DNA of 63,478 nucleotides, counting the filler, from an uncultured bacterium (GTDB lineage: Bacteria; CAZDME01; JAYEMH01): the NCBI GenBank assembly GCA_964506785.1. It is 17 parts of 17 records of this genome, joined end to end, with 100 filler letters (N's around TTAATTAATTAA, not from the genome) between each part and the next. Parts side by side here need not be neighbours in the genome. Positions count along the whole stretch, not along the records: positions 9,422 to 13,979 come from CAZDME010000081.1; positions 14,080 to 18,519 come from CAZDME010000082.1; positions 18,620 to 22,981 come from CAZDME010000083.1; 14 more parts are not named here. One strand, given 5' to 3'. Shown piece by piece: positions 10,158 through 21,703 of the stretch (the stretch's first letter is position 1; every line of letters begins with the position of its first letter). Both the position numbers and the translations under genes were made by a program. The notes beneath the pieces were generated by a model. The model was not told the DNA's origin and did not search any database. It was given only the letters and a program-made list of their open reading frames with translations.

Positions 10158-11306
10158 ATGAAATGTTTACTTATTAGTGCAGATTTCCCGCCCATTATTG
10201 GCGGCGAATCGGTTTTTTATTATAACCTGTTTAGGCTTCTTCCGTCAAAAAAGGTAGTTATTCTGGCTCCAAAAGTTAGAGGCTCTTCTCCTTTTGATAA
10301 AAGACAAAATTTTCAGATTTACCGATTAAAAGGCCTTTTATTCCCTTCTTTAATTGGAAAGCTAATAAAGGTTTTGTTATTTTGGTATCATACAGCTAAA
10401 TTGATTAAGGCTGAGAAAATAGAACTTATCCATTGCGGCCAGCTTTTTACGACCGGCCTGATAGGTTTTCTGGTTAAAAAATGTTTTAACATTCCGTATT
10501 TTCTTTATGTATACGGCACTGAATTTCAAGTTCATAAAAAGATAGGATTATTAAAATCATTCTGGATTAAAGTATTAAAAGAAGCTGCCTATGTAATAAC
10601 TGTGAGCGATTTTGCCAAAAAAGAATACCTGGGGATGGGAGTGGATGCGAAGCGGTTAATAACTGTATATCCTGGCGTAGATGTTAAATTATTTCGGCCC
10701 AGCCTGGATTGTTCGAAAATTGTTGAAAGATATAAACTTCGGGATAAAAAAGTCATCCTTTCTGTTTCTCGCTTGGAGAAAGATAAAGGGGAGGATATGG
10801 TAATCAGAGCATTACCAGAAGTGATTAAGAAAACAGATAATCTCGTTTATCTGGTTGTTGGTGCCGGTTCTCAAAAGGTCGTTTTAAAAAAACTGGTGGA
10901 TAAATTTCATCTTAAAGATCGGGTGGTTTTTACTGGAGCGATGCCTAATGGAATTTTGCCGCAAATTTTTAATGCTTGTGATGTTTTCATCAGAGCGACT
11001 AGAGAAGAAAAAGGGCATATGGAGGGCTTTGGCATAGTTTATTTAGAAGCCAATGCTTGCGGTAAAACGGTAATAGGGGGAAGAACTGGAGGAGCAGTTG
11101 AGGCTATCATCCATAATCAAACCGGTCTTTTAATTAATCCAAAAAGCCAGCAAGAAATTGCCCGCTCTTTAATTAAACTTTTATCCGACAGGGCTCTCAG
11201 AGAAAAATTAGGTGGGAATGGCCGAAAACGGGTTATAGAAAAATTCAATTGGGAAAACAGCGCCCAGAGCTTATTAAAGCTTATAGAGCGTACGGTTATA
11301 AAATAG
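10158..11306 (+). CDS. Glycosyltransferase family 4
   Basis: DFPPIIGG, EGFGIVYLEANACG. Confidence 0.92.
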   Translation: MKCLLISADFPPIIGGESVFYYNLFRLLPSKKVVILAPKVRGSSPFDKRQNFQIYRLKGLLFPSLIGKLIKVLLFWYHTAKLIKAEKIELIHCGQLFTTGLIGFLVKKCFNIPYFLYVYGTEFQVHKKIGLLKSFWIKVLKEAAYVITVSDFAKKEYLGMGVDAKRLITVYPGVDVKLFRPSLDCSKIVERYKLRDKKVILSVSRLEKDKGEDMVIRALPEVIKKTDNLVYLVVGAGSQKVVLKKLVDKFHLKDRVVFTGAMPNGILPQIFNACDVFIRATREEKGHMEGFGIVYLEANACGKTVIGGRTGGAVEAIIHNQTGLLINPKSQQEIARSLIKLLSDRALREKLGGNGRKRVIEKFNWENSAQSLLKLIERTVIK

Positions 11307-11315
11307 AAGGATAAG

Positions 11316-12662
11316 ATGGATAGGCTATTAGCCAGAGGAGTTTTCAATATATATCAATGGTGGAGTAAAGAAGGGTTTTTAAATCGTCTCAAGGATTTAA
11401 AGGAAACTCAGTATTATTCTAAAGAAAAGCTCCTCAAACTGCAGTGGAATAAATTAAAGAAAATGCTTGATTATGCCTGGAGAAATGTTCCCTATTACCA
11501 AGAAGTATTTAAAAAAACAGGAATTTTTCCCCAGGAGATAAATAATTACCAGGATTTTATGAAGATTCCTTTTCTTACTAAAGAAAAGGTGAGAGAAAAT
11601 AGTTTAACGCTTAAAAGTAAAGATTATTCAGGTAAGATTATCAGCTATGGCAGTAGCGGTTCTACTGGCGAGCCGTTAATGTTAAATCTCAGCCCGTCTC
11701 TCCAAGGAAGCTCCCGGGCGGCTCAATACCGTGGTTTTAGCTGGTACGGCATAAAATTCGGGGAGAGGGGCGCAAAAATCTGGGGAATTCCCCTGGTCTT
11801 TAAAGAAAGATATTCTGAAAAAATAAAAGATTGGATGATGAATCGCAATCGGCTTTCTGCTTTTAATCTCTCGAAGGAAGAGATGGACAAGTTTTTTAAG
11901 AAGTGCCAAAGATTAAAAATAAGATATCTATATGGCTATGCTTCCGCCCTCTATAAATTTTCAGCTTTTCTTAAAGAGAAAAAAATAGACGGCCGTATTT
12001 TAAACTTAAAGGCGGTTATCTCTACTGCCGAGATATTGTATGATTTTCAAAGGGAGTTTATTTCATCCGCCTTTGGGTGTCCCCTTGCCAATGAATATGG
12101 AGCGGCTGAAGCGGGGATTATTGCTTTTGAGTGTCCAGAAGGTAGCATGCACATAACCAGTGAGAATGTTTATCTCGAAATCATTAAAAATAATAAACCG
12201 GCTCGTCTTGGGGAATCAGGCGAGATAGTGGTCACTACTTTAGAAAATTTTTACAGCCCTTTGATTCGTTACAGATTAGGGGATTTAGGGATACTTACGG
12301 ATAAAAAGTGCCAGTGCGGCTGGACGCTGCCGCTTATTGAAATTGTTCAAGGAAGAAATAACGATATGGTCATAACGCCCGATAATCGATATCTGCATAG
12401 CGAAGTTTTTAGTTATATTAACAGGACTCTTTTAAATTCAGGTAGAGGCATTAAGGAATTTAAAATTATCCAAGAAAGTAAAAAAAACCTGTTGGTTTTG
12501 ATAACTAAAGAACCAAATCTTGATGAGGAAGCTATCAGTTTTCTAAAGAAAGAAATCTATAAATATATGAGTAGAGAAATGATTATTACTACACAGCTGG
12601 TAGATGAAATCCCCCGCGAAAAATCAGGAAAGATTCGTTATTTTGTTTCTGAGTTAGTTTAA
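11316..12662 (+). CDS. Phenylacetate-CoA ligase family protein (CapK-like)
   Basis: SSGSTGEP, EYGAAE, PLIRYRLGD, SGKIR. Confidence 0.88.
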   Translation: MDRLLARGVFNIYQWWSKEGFLNRLKDLKETQYYSKEKLLKLQWNKLKKMLDYAWRNVPYYQEVFKKTGIFPQEINNYQDFMKIPFLTKEKVRENSLTLKSKDYSGKIISYGSSGSTGEPLMLNLSPSLQGSSRAAQYRGFSWYGIKFGERGAKIWGIPLVFKERYSEKIKDWMMNRNRLSAFNLSKEEMDKFFKKCQRLKIRYLYGYASALYKFSAFLKEKKIDGRILNLKAVISTAEILYDFQREFISSAFGCPLANEYGAAEAGIIAFECPEGSMHITSENVYLEIIKNNKPARLGESGEIVVTTLENFYSPLIRYRLGDLGILTDKKCQCGWTLPLIEIVQGRNNDMVITPDNRYLHSEVFSYINRTLLNSGRGIKEFKIIQESKKNLLVLITKEPNLDEEAISFLKKEIYKYMSREMIITTQLVDEIPREKSGKIRYFVSELV

Positions 12663-12678
12663 AAAGAAAGAGAACCCT

Positions 12679-13612
12679 ATGCCAGAGGAAAAACCTTTCA
12701 AAAAGGACGATTTTGAATTTATAAAATGTAATCTTTGTGGGCGAGACGAAACAAAACTTTTAATTAAAAGAGGAAGCTCTCCTTCCAGTGTGGTGTTCTG
12801 CCGGCAATGCGGCCTTATATATCGCAATCCAAGAATTTGCAGGAGTAAAATCTTTGAACTTTATCAAAATAGCACTTTTGAGGCAATAGATGATAAAACT
12901 TTATCCCAGGCAAGAAAGCCGGTATATAAACAGATTTTAAACAATATAACCAGATATGTGAAAAAAGGAAATATTTTAGATGTGGGCTGTGGATATGGAC
13001 ATTTCCTGAAAATGGCCAAAGATAACGGTTGGAATGTTTTTGGGATAGAACTTTCTAAAGAAGCATCTAACTTTGCTAAAGATGCATTGGGAATAAATAA
13101 TGTTTCCAATTTGCCTTTAAAAGGAGCAGCTTTTTCTGAAGGTTTTTTTGACGTAGTCACTCTTATTAACACCTTAGACTTTTTCCCTGATCCTATAGGT
13201 GAATTAAAAGAAATATCCAGAATTTTAAAAAAAGAGGGTTTGTTAGTTATCAGAGTGCCCAATGCCCGATTTACTATTTTTGCCTACCGGTTATATTTAA
13301 TTTTCAAAAACTTCTTTAAAAAAGAACCTGTTGGTTTCCAATGTTATCTATTTTCCCCCAAAANNNNNNNNNNAAACTCTTAAACAACTGTTAGAAAAAT
13401 CTAACGTAAGAATAGTAAAGCTGGAAAATTCTACTTTTACTTCGGGCGATCCTTATTCAATTTTTCGAAACCTAAATAAACCTTTAAAGAAAGCCGTCTA
13501 TATCTTTATAGCTTTTTTCGCAGCTGTCATTTATCATTTAACTTCCAAGCATTATCTTATCGGCTCATCTATAGAAATCTATGCTCAGCCTAAAAAAAAT
13601 GGGAAAAATTAA
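12679..13612 (+). CDS. Class I SAM-dependent methyltransferase with N-terminal zinc-binding region (spans 10-N gap)
   Basis: CNLC...CRQC, ILDVGCGYG; two ORF pieces either side of a short N gap near 13364-13373. Confidence 0.8.
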
Positions 13613-13880
13613 AGTTTTGCATATTATCACCCGTTTGGACAGAGGTGGCTCCAGTGAGAATACCCTGTTTAGCTGTATTGGATTGAATAAAGATAAATTT
13701 GAAGTTAGCCTGTTTGTCGGAAAAACTATCAGTCCTGATAGAGACTTAATAAGGGAGGCAGAATCTCATGGGGTAGAGTTTCTTTTTATCCCTGAGCTTA
13801 TTCGAGGGTTGAGTTTTTTAAAAGACATCAAAGCTTTTTTGAAAATTTATGTTTTTAGGGCGAAAAACGGGCGATTTTAG
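13599..13880 (+). pseudogene. Glycosyltransferase family 4, N-terminal fragment
   Basis: KIKVLHIITRLDRGGS; similarity to the family ends abruptly near 13850. Confidence 0.7.
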
Positions 13881-13910
13881 ACATAGGAACGAGCAGCGGC
13901 CCTAAATCAC

Positions 13911-13940
13911 TTGACAAAAAGCCGCCTTTTTTATTAGAAT
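13911..13940 (+). promoter_or_regulatory. Sigma70-like promoter
   Basis: TTGACA-N18-TAGAAT. Confidence 0.45.
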
Positions 13941-14114
13941 TCAAGATATATACCATGGTGATTCCATGGTGATTATGAGNNNNNNNNNNNNNNNNNNNNN
14001 NNNNNNNNNNNNNNNNNNNNNNNTTAATTAATTAANNNNNNNNNNNNNNNNNNNNNNNNNNNNNNNNNNNNNNNNNNNNTGAGACCTTTAAATCCATAGG
14101 GGGGGGAGAGTTCT

Positions 14115-14405
14115 ATGTCTGGGCAAATTATTCCTAAAGATAAGTTGCCGGTACGTATCTATACTCAAGATTTCATTATCGAAGGGGTGGCTTATTTACC
14201 CAAGGGAGGACGGCTTTCTGATTATATCAATGTTGACAGGAAATTTCTCCCCATTAGTGAAGCGGTAGTTCATTTTTTGACCAGTGGTAAAGAAATTCAA
14301 AGAATGGAAGTTTTAATGATTAATCGCGATTCAGTAATTATTCTTATCCCGAGAGAAGAAAAGATTAAAAAGGTTGAAGAGATTAATGGTGAAGAAGTTT
14401 CTTAA
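14115..14405 (+). CDS. Conserved hypothetical protein
   Basis: RBS and ATG; GRLSDYIN...FLPIS pattern; overlaps leuD start. Confidence 0.7.
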   Translation: MSGQIIPKDKLPVRIYTQDFIIEGVAYLPKGGRLSDYINVDRKFLPISEAVVHFLTSGKEIQRMEVLMINRDSVIILIPREEKIKKVEEINGEEVS

Positions 14406-14895
14406 AGGCCAGGCGCATAAACTCGGTAATAATATTAACACAGACGAAATCATTCCGGCTCGTTTCCTAAACATGCATAAAGATGAAGAATTGGCTAAAC
14501 ATTGCTTAGCTGGTCTTGATGCGAGTTTCCCACGGCGTCTAAAAAAAGGCGACATTATTGTTGCGGGTGATAATTTTGGCTGCGGTTCCTCTCGGGAGCA
14601 TGCCCCCCGGGCTATTAAAGCAGCTGGTGTATCCTGTATCATTGCTAAAAGTTTTGCCCGGATATTTTTTCGCAACGCTGTAAATATAGGCTTGCCGATT
14701 ATTGAGAGTAACCCCGCTGCTTTAAAAATCCGGAATAATGATTTGGTTGAAATAAATTTAGCTAGGGGGGAAATAAAAAATTTAAGCCGGAGTCAAAACT
14801 ACAGGTTTTCTGCTTTTCCAAAATTTTTGCAGAAAATCATTGCCTCTGGCGGTTTAATGAGCTTGATTCCTGTAAAAAAAGGGGAAAAAGGCTGA
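14386..14895 (+). CDS. leuD: 3-isopropylmalate dehydratase small subunit
   Basis: NINTDEIIP, NFGCGSSREHAP, SFARIFFRN. Confidence 0.95.
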   Translation: MVKKFLKGQAHKLGNNINTDEIIPARFLNMHKDEELAKHCLAGLDASFPRRLKKGDIIVAGDNFGCGSSREHAPRAIKAAGVSCIIAKSFARIFFRNAVNIGLPIIESNPAALKIRNNDLVEINLARGEIKNLSRSQNYRFSAFPKFLQKIIASGGLMSLIPVKKGEKG

Positions 14896-14910
14896 AAGGA
14901 GAAAGTTAAA

Positions 14911-15978
14911 GTGTATAAAATTGCTGTTATTCCTGGTGATGGTGTTGGCCCAGAAATTATTCAAGAAGGGATGAAGGTGATAAAGACGGTTGCTACTGGT
15001 CTAGGTATTACCTGTAAATTTGTCAGCTATAATTTTGGCGGAGAGCGTTATTTAAAAACTGGAGAGGTGCTTCCCGATAGTGCCTTGTCTGAATTCAAAG
15101 AGATGAGTGCTATTTACTTAGGGGCAGTAGGTGATCCTCGGGTGAAACCGGGAGTTTTAGAACAAGGGTTACTTTTGAAGCTTCGTTTTGGGTTAGACCA
15201 ATACATTAATCTTCGCCCGATAAAACTTTATCCTGAAGTTTGGACACCTCTGAAAAATAAAGGCCCGGAAAATATTGATTTTGTGGTTATCAGGGAGAAC
15301 ACTGAAGGCGCTTATTGTGGAGTGGGTGGTTTTTTGAAAAAGGGGACTCCGGATGAAGTTGCTATTCAAGAAGACGTAAATACCCGTAAAGGAGTGGAAA
15401 GGGCTATTCGTTATGCTTTTGAGTATACTCGAAAACGGAACAAGAAGAAAAAACTTACTCTTTGCGATAAAGCCAATGTCTTAACCTATGCTCATGACCT
15501 TTGGCGAAGGATATTTGAAGAGGTAGGAAAGGAATATTCTGATATAGAGAGGGATTGTGCTTTTGTTGATGCTACCTGTATGTGGATGGTAAAAAATCCT
15601 GAATGGTTCGATTGCATTGTGACCTGTAATATGTTTGGTGACATCATTACTGATTTAGGGGCGGTTATTCAAGGAGGTATGGGTATCGCCGCCGGTGGTA
15701 ATATTAATCCTAAAGGCGTATCTATGTTTGAACCCATTCATGGCTCTGCTCCTAAATATGCAGGCAAAAATGTAATTAATCCTTTAGCTACTATTGCTGC
15801 CGGGGGAATGATGATGGAAACCTTAGGAGAGGAGAAAGCGGCTAAGGCCATTGAGGACGCGATTATTCGAGGTTTTTCAGAGGGATATATCAAGGATTTA
15901 GGCGCTGGTAAGATGGGCTTAACTACCAGCCAGGTGGGAGATTTAATGGTAAAATTTATCAAAGAGGGACTGTGTTAA
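14911..15978 (+). CDS. leuB: 3-isopropylmalate dehydrogenase
   Basis: IPGDGVGPE, RENTEG, NMFGDIITD, FEPIHGSAP; leuD/asd context. Confidence 0.9.
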   Translation: MYKIAVIPGDGVGPEIIQEGMKVIKTVATGLGITCKFVSYNFGGERYLKTGEVLPDSALSEFKEMSAIYLGAVGDPRVKPGVLEQGLLLKLRFGLDQYINLRPIKLYPEVWTPLKNKGPENIDFVVIRENTEGAYCGVGGFLKKGTPDEVAIQEDVNTRKGVERAIRYAFEYTRKRNKKKKLTLCDKANVLTYAHDLWRRIFEEVGKEYSDIERDCAFVDATCMWMVKNPEWFDCIVTCNMFGDIITDLGAVIQGGMGIAAGGNINPKGVSMFEPIHGSAPKYAGKNVINPLATIAAGGMMMETLGEEKAAKAIEDAIIRGFSEGYIKDLGAGKMGLTTSQVGDLMVKFIKEGLC

Positions 15979-16991
15979 TGAAGAGGTATAATGTAGCTAT
16001 AGTTGGTGCCACCGGTATGGTTGGTATTGAGATGAAAAAGATTCTTGAGGAAAGAAAATTTCCAATTAAGGAGTTACGTCTTTTAGCCTCCGAGCGCTCT
16101 AAAGGTAAAAAATTAGAATTTTCTGGGAAAGCGCTATTGGTTGAGGGATTGGATGAAAATTCTTTTACAGGGATTGATTTTGCCCTTTTTTCGGCTGGTG
16201 CCTCTATCAGTAAAAAATTTGCCCCTAAAGCCGTAGAAGCTGGAGCGATTGTCATTGATAACAGCAGCGCTTTTAGAATGAATAAGGATATTCCTCTAGT
16301 GGCACCGGAGGTAAATCTACCTGCTTTGAAGCTTCATCAAGGTATTATTGCCAATCCTAATTGTTCTACTATCCAGCTGGTTTTGATTTTGAAGCCGATA
16401 CATGATTATGCCCGGATTAAAAGAATAGTAGTGTCCACCTATCAATCAGTTTCTGGCTGGGGAAAAGAAGCGGTAGAGCAGTTATGGCAGGAAACATCGG
16501 AAATTAGTAAAACTCGAAATCCTAAGGTAAAGGTAGCTGATAGAGCTTTACCATACCAAATTGCCTTTAATCTTATTCCCCAGATAGATATATTTCTAAA
16601 TAATGGCTACTCAAAGGAAGAAATGAAGATTGTCCATGAAACCAGAAAGATTATGCAAGATGACTCAATTGCCATTACCGCCACCACCGTTCGCGTGCCG
16701 GTATTAGTCGGACATACTGAGGTGGTTAATATTGAAACGCAAAATAAACTTAGTGCCGCGGTAACTAAAGAAATTCTTAAGGAAGCTCCGGGAGTAAAGA
16801 TTGTCGATGATTTAAATAAGCTGCAATACCCAATGCCGATAGATGTGGCTGAAAAAGATGATGTTTTTGTCGGTAGAATCCGTGAAGACGAATCTATTCC
16901 TAACGGAATTAATTTATTAGTTGTTGGAGATAATCTTCGCAAAGGAGCCGCACTTAACGCCGTTCAGATAGCTGAAGAACTAATAAAGTAG
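15978..16991 (+). CDS. asd: Aspartate-semialdehyde dehydrogenase
   Basis: GATGMVG, IIANPNCST, DNLRKGAALN. Confidence 0.97.
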   Translation: MKRYNVAIVGATGMVGIEMKKILEERKFPIKELRLLASERSKGKKLEFSGKALLVEGLDENSFTGIDFALFSAGASISKKFAPKAVEAGAIVIDNSSAFRMNKDIPLVAPEVNLPALKLHQGIIANPNCSTIQLVLILKPIHDYARIKRIVVSTYQSVSGWGKEAVEQLWQETSEISKTRNPKVKVADRALPYQIAFNLIPQIDIFLNNGYSKEEMKIVHETRKIMQDDSIAITATTVRVPVLVGHTEVVNIETQNKLSAAVTKEILKEAPGVKIVDDLNKLQYPMPIDVAEKDDVFVGRIREDESIPNGINLLVVGDNLRKGAALNAVQIAEELIK

Positions 16992-17054
16992 TGGCAATAG
17001 CGGCTAGTTAATAGTTTTTACTAAAAAACTGTTCGGTAAATACCTCAATGTCTT

Positions 17055-17078
17055 TGCACCTTTAGGTGCATTTTTTTT
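17055..17078 (+). terminator. Intrinsic terminator after asd
   Basis: TGCACC-TTTA-GGTGCA followed by T8. Confidence 0.65.
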
Positions 17079-17122
17079 ATTGAGCGGTATGCCAGAAATA
17101 AACAACTAAAATTGGGAGAATT

Positions 17123-17869
17123 ATGTTCAACTTCAAACTCCTCATTGAATATAAAGGGACTGGTTATTCCGGTTGGCAAAGGCAAAGAAGGCAAAAAACA
17201 GTTCAAGGAGAAATTGAAAAGGCCCTCAAAAAAATCTTTGGACGGCAGATAAATTTGATTGGTTCTGGAAGAACTGATACTGGAGTCCATGCTCTGGGAC
17301 AGGTAGCTAATTTTTCTTTAGAGACAGGACTGCCAAAAACGAAAATTCAAAAAGCCTTGAATTTTTATCTGCCTAATGATATTCGAATTAAAAAGATAGA
17401 TTTTGCCAAAATTCATTTTCACAGCCGGTTTGCGGCAAAAAGCAGAATTTACCGGTATACAATTATTCAGGAATATTCTCCTTTTCTAAAAGATGAAGCT
17501 TATTATTACCCTGGAAAGCTCGATTTGGAACGGATGAAGAAAGCGGCTATCTTTCTTTTAGGCCGGCATGATTTCAGCTCTTTTCAAAATCGAGGCAGCC
17601 GGCGAAAACACGCTATTATCAACCTTCAGGGACTAAAGATAAAAAAAGGTTATTTTAATCCGGGTAGGTGTAAGGCAATAATGATTGAGGTTGAGGCCAA
17701 TGCTTTTCTTTATCGCCTGGTTAGAAATTTGGTTGGTTTGCTTTTAGAAGTAGGCCGGGGAAAGATTAAGCCGGAAGCAGCCAAATATATTTTAAAGAAA
17801 AAGGATCGTTGCCATTCTCCTTCGCCTGCTCCGGCCCACGGGCTATATTTGCTCAAAGTAAAATATTAG
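17123..17869 (+). CDS. truA: tRNA pseudouridine(38-40) synthase
   Basis: GWQRQ, SGRTDTGVHA, FLYRLVR, APAHGLYL. Confidence 0.96.
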   Translation: MFNFKLLIEYKGTGYSGWQRQRRQKTVQGEIEKALKKIFGRQINLIGSGRTDTGVHALGQVANFSLETGLPKTKIQKALNFYLPNDIRIKKIDFAKIHFHSRFAAKSRIYRYTIIQEYSPFLKDEAYYYPGKLDLERMKKAAIFLLGRHDFSSFQNRGSRRKHAIINLQGLKIKKGYFNPGRCKAIMIEVEANAFLYRLVRNLVGLLLEVGRGKIKPEAAKYILKKKDRCHSPSPAPAHGLYLLKVKY

Positions 17870-17879
17870 TAAAAAATAC

Positions 17880-17933
17880 TTGACACTTAATTTCATGCAT
17901 GATAGAATTCTTGTCAACGAAAAAGCTCTTTGA
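17880..17933 (+). promoter_or_regulatory. rRNA promoter with boxA-like site
   Basis: TTGACA (17880)-N17-TAGAAT (17903) with extended TG; GCTCTTTGA at 17925-17933. Confidence 0.75.
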
Positions 17934-17941
17934 TATACAGT

Positions 17942-18519
<578 letters not shown>

Positions 18520-18619
18520 NNNNNNNNNNNNNNNNNNNNNNNNNNNNNNNNNNNNNNNNNNNNTTAATTAATTAANNNNNNNNNNNNNNNNNNNNNNNNN
18601 NNNNNNNNNNNNNNNNNNN

Positions 18620-19471
18620 TATTTCTCTTAAATATTCGCCGTAGCCGGTGTTTATTCCTCGGGCTAATTTCTTCACTTGATTCTCATTTATATAACCCAT
18701 TCGGTAAGCCACCTCTTCAATACAGCCTATCTTCAATCCCTGTCTTTCCTCTATTGTCTTAATAAATATTGAAGCGTCAATTAATGAATCGTATGTCCCG
18801 GTATCAAGCCAGGCATAACCACGGCCTAACAATTTCACTTCTAACTGTCCTCTTCTCAGATATGCATTATTAACATCGGTAATCTCCAATTCTCCCCGAC
18901 CAGAAGGTTTAAATCCTTGAGAAATCTCAACTACATTGTTATCATAAAAATAAAGGCCGGTAACCGCCCAGTTGGATTTTGGTTTATCCGGCTTTTCCTG
19001 AATAGAGACCGCCTTTCCTTTCTTATCAAATTCAATAACCCCGTATCTTTGCGGATCTTTTACATAACAGCCAAAAACAATTGCCCCTTCTCTTGGTTTA
19101 GCAGCCTCTTTCAATAAGGCGATAAGGTTATGTCCGTAAAATATGTTATCCCCTAAGATTAGACAGACATTATCTTGGGAAATAAAATCTTTCCCGATAA
19201 TAAAAGCTTCGGCGATTCCCTTTGGCTCTTGTTGGAGAGCATAAGAAAGCTTTATACCTAAATCCTTGCCATCCCCCAGTAAATCTTTAAATCTGGGGAT
19301 ATCTCGCGGGGTAGAAATTATAAGGATATCTCTGATTCCAGCCAGCATTAAAACCGATAAGGAATAATAAATCAACGGCTTGTCATATATGGGAATAAGC
19401 TGTTTACAAATCCCCTTGGTAGCCGGATAAAGACGCTTGGCCTTACCGCCGGCTAAAATTATTCCTTTCAT
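18620..19471 (-). CDS. rfbA: Glucose-1-phosphate thymidylyltransferase (3' partial)
   Basis: [31 protein letters not shown]. Confidence 0.96.
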
Positions 19472-20304
19472 CTTTTGTCCTTTTTGCTAGCCCTGGAGTT
19501 AAATTGCAAATTCCCATTTTTTATCCTTTTCTTTTTTACTTTCTCGGCGTATAGATTAATCGGGTTATTTCTATCGTAGTACTTAAGAATATACATGCGG
19601 TAGAATATTGCCATCGTATCCATCCAAATTCTGTATATGGAATAAAAACCTATCCGGCCGTATTTCCTCTGCGAATTTAAGACTACCGGCGCCTCGGCTA
19701 TCTTGTAGTCTAAATGGTGGGCATTTACCAGTAATTCCAGGTCGAAAGCGAACTGTTTAATAATGATTTTGGGGAAGATTTCTTTTAAAGCCCGGTATTT
19801 AAAAACTTTAAGGCCGGTTTGGGTATCCTTGATGGGCAAGCCAAACAATAAATTAATCAAGAAAAAATAAATACTGCTTATAATTCTCCGGCCTAAAGGG
19901 TAATATAATTTTGAATTGGGATGGCGTTTCGAACCGATAACAATATCTGCTTCGTCTAATTTCATAATATCGAAAAAGGTCCGAATCTGGCCGGGATGAA
20001 GATCCATATCAGCATCTAAAAATACTGCATATTTTCCATTGACAAACCGACATCCATATTTTAATGCCCGTCCCTTCCCGTAATTCGCCCTATTCCTTTT
20101 GACGATAATATTATCATAATTTGCGGCAAACCTTATCGCCTGCTCGTAAGTATTATCCGTGCTGCCATCGTCAATCAAAATTATTTCATAATCGCAGCCA
20201 AAATCATCGAATGTCCGTGTTACTTCCCCAAGATTAGCGAAAATATGCTCCCCTTCATTATAAGCTGGGATTATTACCGAAACCTTTCCATCAAGATTTT
20301 CCAA
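19468..20304 (-). CDS. Glycosyltransferase family 2 (DPM/DPG-synthase-like)
   Basis: IIPAYNE, DDGSTD, FLDAD, DTQTGLK. Confidence 0.92.
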   Translation of the reverse strand: MENLDGKVSVIIPAYNEGEHIFANLGEVTRTFDDFGCDYEIILIDDGSTDNTYEQAIRFAANYDNIIVKRNRANYGKGRALKYGCRFVNGKYAVFLDADMDLHPGQIRTFFDIMKLDEADIVIGSKRHPNSKLYYPLGRRIISSIYFFLINLLFGLPIKDTQTGLKVFKYRALKEIFPKIIIKQFAFDLELLVNAHHLDYKIAEAPVVLNSQRKYGRIGFYSIYRIWMDTMAIFYRMYILKYYDRNNPINLYAEKVKKKRIKNGNLQFNSRASKKDKR

Positions 20305-21616
20305 CTTTTCCCTCGAAAAATTTGTTCTTTGGCCTTATTGCCTTCCATAAAGTAACCATAAACAGCAGAATTGAATTACCACAAAGAATATAAAGCACTT
20401 GAGCTAAACTCCGGTGAAAAAGAATGATCAAAATAAGCTGTAAAAGAGTCAAGGAAATTAAAGGGTATATAAAATTCAAACGGTGGATAGAAAGCTGGTA
20501 GAACAAAAGAGTATAAAGCAAGGCGAAGAAAGTCATAGAAATAGCAAATAGCCGGACTAATGAGATTGACTCCATGTATTCTTTACCGGATAAAATTTTG
20601 ATGACCAAGGAAGGGAAGATAATACAAATTAAAGCGGCCCCCCCGCAGAGGACTCCGGCGATTACCAAACTTTTTTTCAGAATCGGCCGGGTATTTTTAC
20701 CCTGGGCGTGAAGATGAGAAGCCTTGGGAAACATCACTACCGTAATCGCCCCGGGTAAAAAAAGAATTATCTTACCTGCCATCTGGGCTATCGAAAAGTA
20801 TCCGGCCTCTAAAGGAGAAAAGAAATGCTTAACGAGAATAACATCCCCGTTTACCAGAGCCATAAAACAAAGAAAGGTTACGGCTACCGGTAAAAAATAT
20901 TTGTAAATTTCGCCGAAGTTTATCTCCTCTGAATAGGTTCCGGAGGGGGCAGTTCCAAAAGAAACATCTGACAATTTACACTTCCCCGATATAAAGCTTT
21001 TCAAAGGGCCGAAAGACAGAAAAAACATGGTTACACTGGCAGCTATATAAGCGCTCAAAGCCCCCATTACCCTGAAACCCAGACTGACTAAAAGAATACC
21101 CATAGCCACTTTCAATCCTCCGCTCGTAATCATGCTTAGACCAAACCACCTAAACATCTGCAGCCCCTGCAGTCCGCCCAGACTAAGGGGGAGAATTACC
21201 GAAAGAAATAAAAGCAAGCCGATTATGATAACCGGAAGAAAGCTTGGAATTTGAAGAAAAGAAGCTATATAGCCGCTTCCCAGAACAATTATAAAAAAAA
21301 ATGCCAGGCCAAAGAAAAAAACCACTTTGGCAAGCTTTAATAAAAAAATCTTTATCTTTTTCCATTGTCTATGGGCATAAAAAGTGGAAACAAACTTGGT
21401 AATTGCCGTCTGTAGAGTCCCGGCCGGGACGGAAATAATCAGGAGCAAACCCACAAGTGAATTGAGAACGCCATAATCGACCGGAGCTAAATGCCTCACC
21501 ATATAGAGCTGATAGACAAGATTTAAGAGGCTTCCCACACTGGCAGCAAAAAACATCCAAATGCCGTGCCGGATAAAATCATCATTAAATTCTATCTTTT
21601 TTATCGTCTTTATCAA
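20291..21616 (-). CDS. Oligosaccharide flippase (Wzx-like)
   Basis: About 12 TM helices, DVILVKHFF...AGYF motif, polysaccharide locus. Confidence 0.85.
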   Translation of the reverse strand: MIKTIKKIEFNDDFIRHGIWMFFAASVGSLLNLVYQLYMVRHLAPVDYGVLNSLVGLLLIISVPAGTLQTAITKFVSTFYAHRQWKKIKIFLLKLAKVVFFFGLAFFFIIVLGSGYIASFLQIPSFLPVIIIGLLLFLSVILPLSLGGLQGLQMFRWFGLSMITSGGLKVAMGILLVSLGFRVMGALSAYIAASVTMFFLSFGPLKSFISGKCKLSDVSFGTAPSGTYSEEINFGEIYKYFLPVAVTFLCFMALVNGDVILVKHFFSPLEAGYFSIAQMAGKIILFLPGAITVVMFPKASHLHAQGKNTRPILKKSLVIAGVLCGGAALICIIFPSLVIKILSGKEYMESISLVRLFAISMTFFALLYTLLFYQLSIHRLNFIYPLISLTLLQLILIILFHRSLAQVLYILCGNSILLFMVTLWKAIRPKNKFFEGKVGKS

Positions 21617-21629
21617 AGAATACCCTTTA

Positions 21630-21703
21630 CCCCGTTAGAAAAAATTTCGTCATTCAAAATATCCCACCTTAGATAGCATAGCAAACCCTATTTTCTAACG
21701 GGG
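21630..21703. mobile_element. Miniature inverted-repeat element, copy A
   Basis: CCCCGTTAGAAAA...TTTTCTAACGGGG terminal inverted repeats flanked by TTTA direct repeats. Confidence 0.7.
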
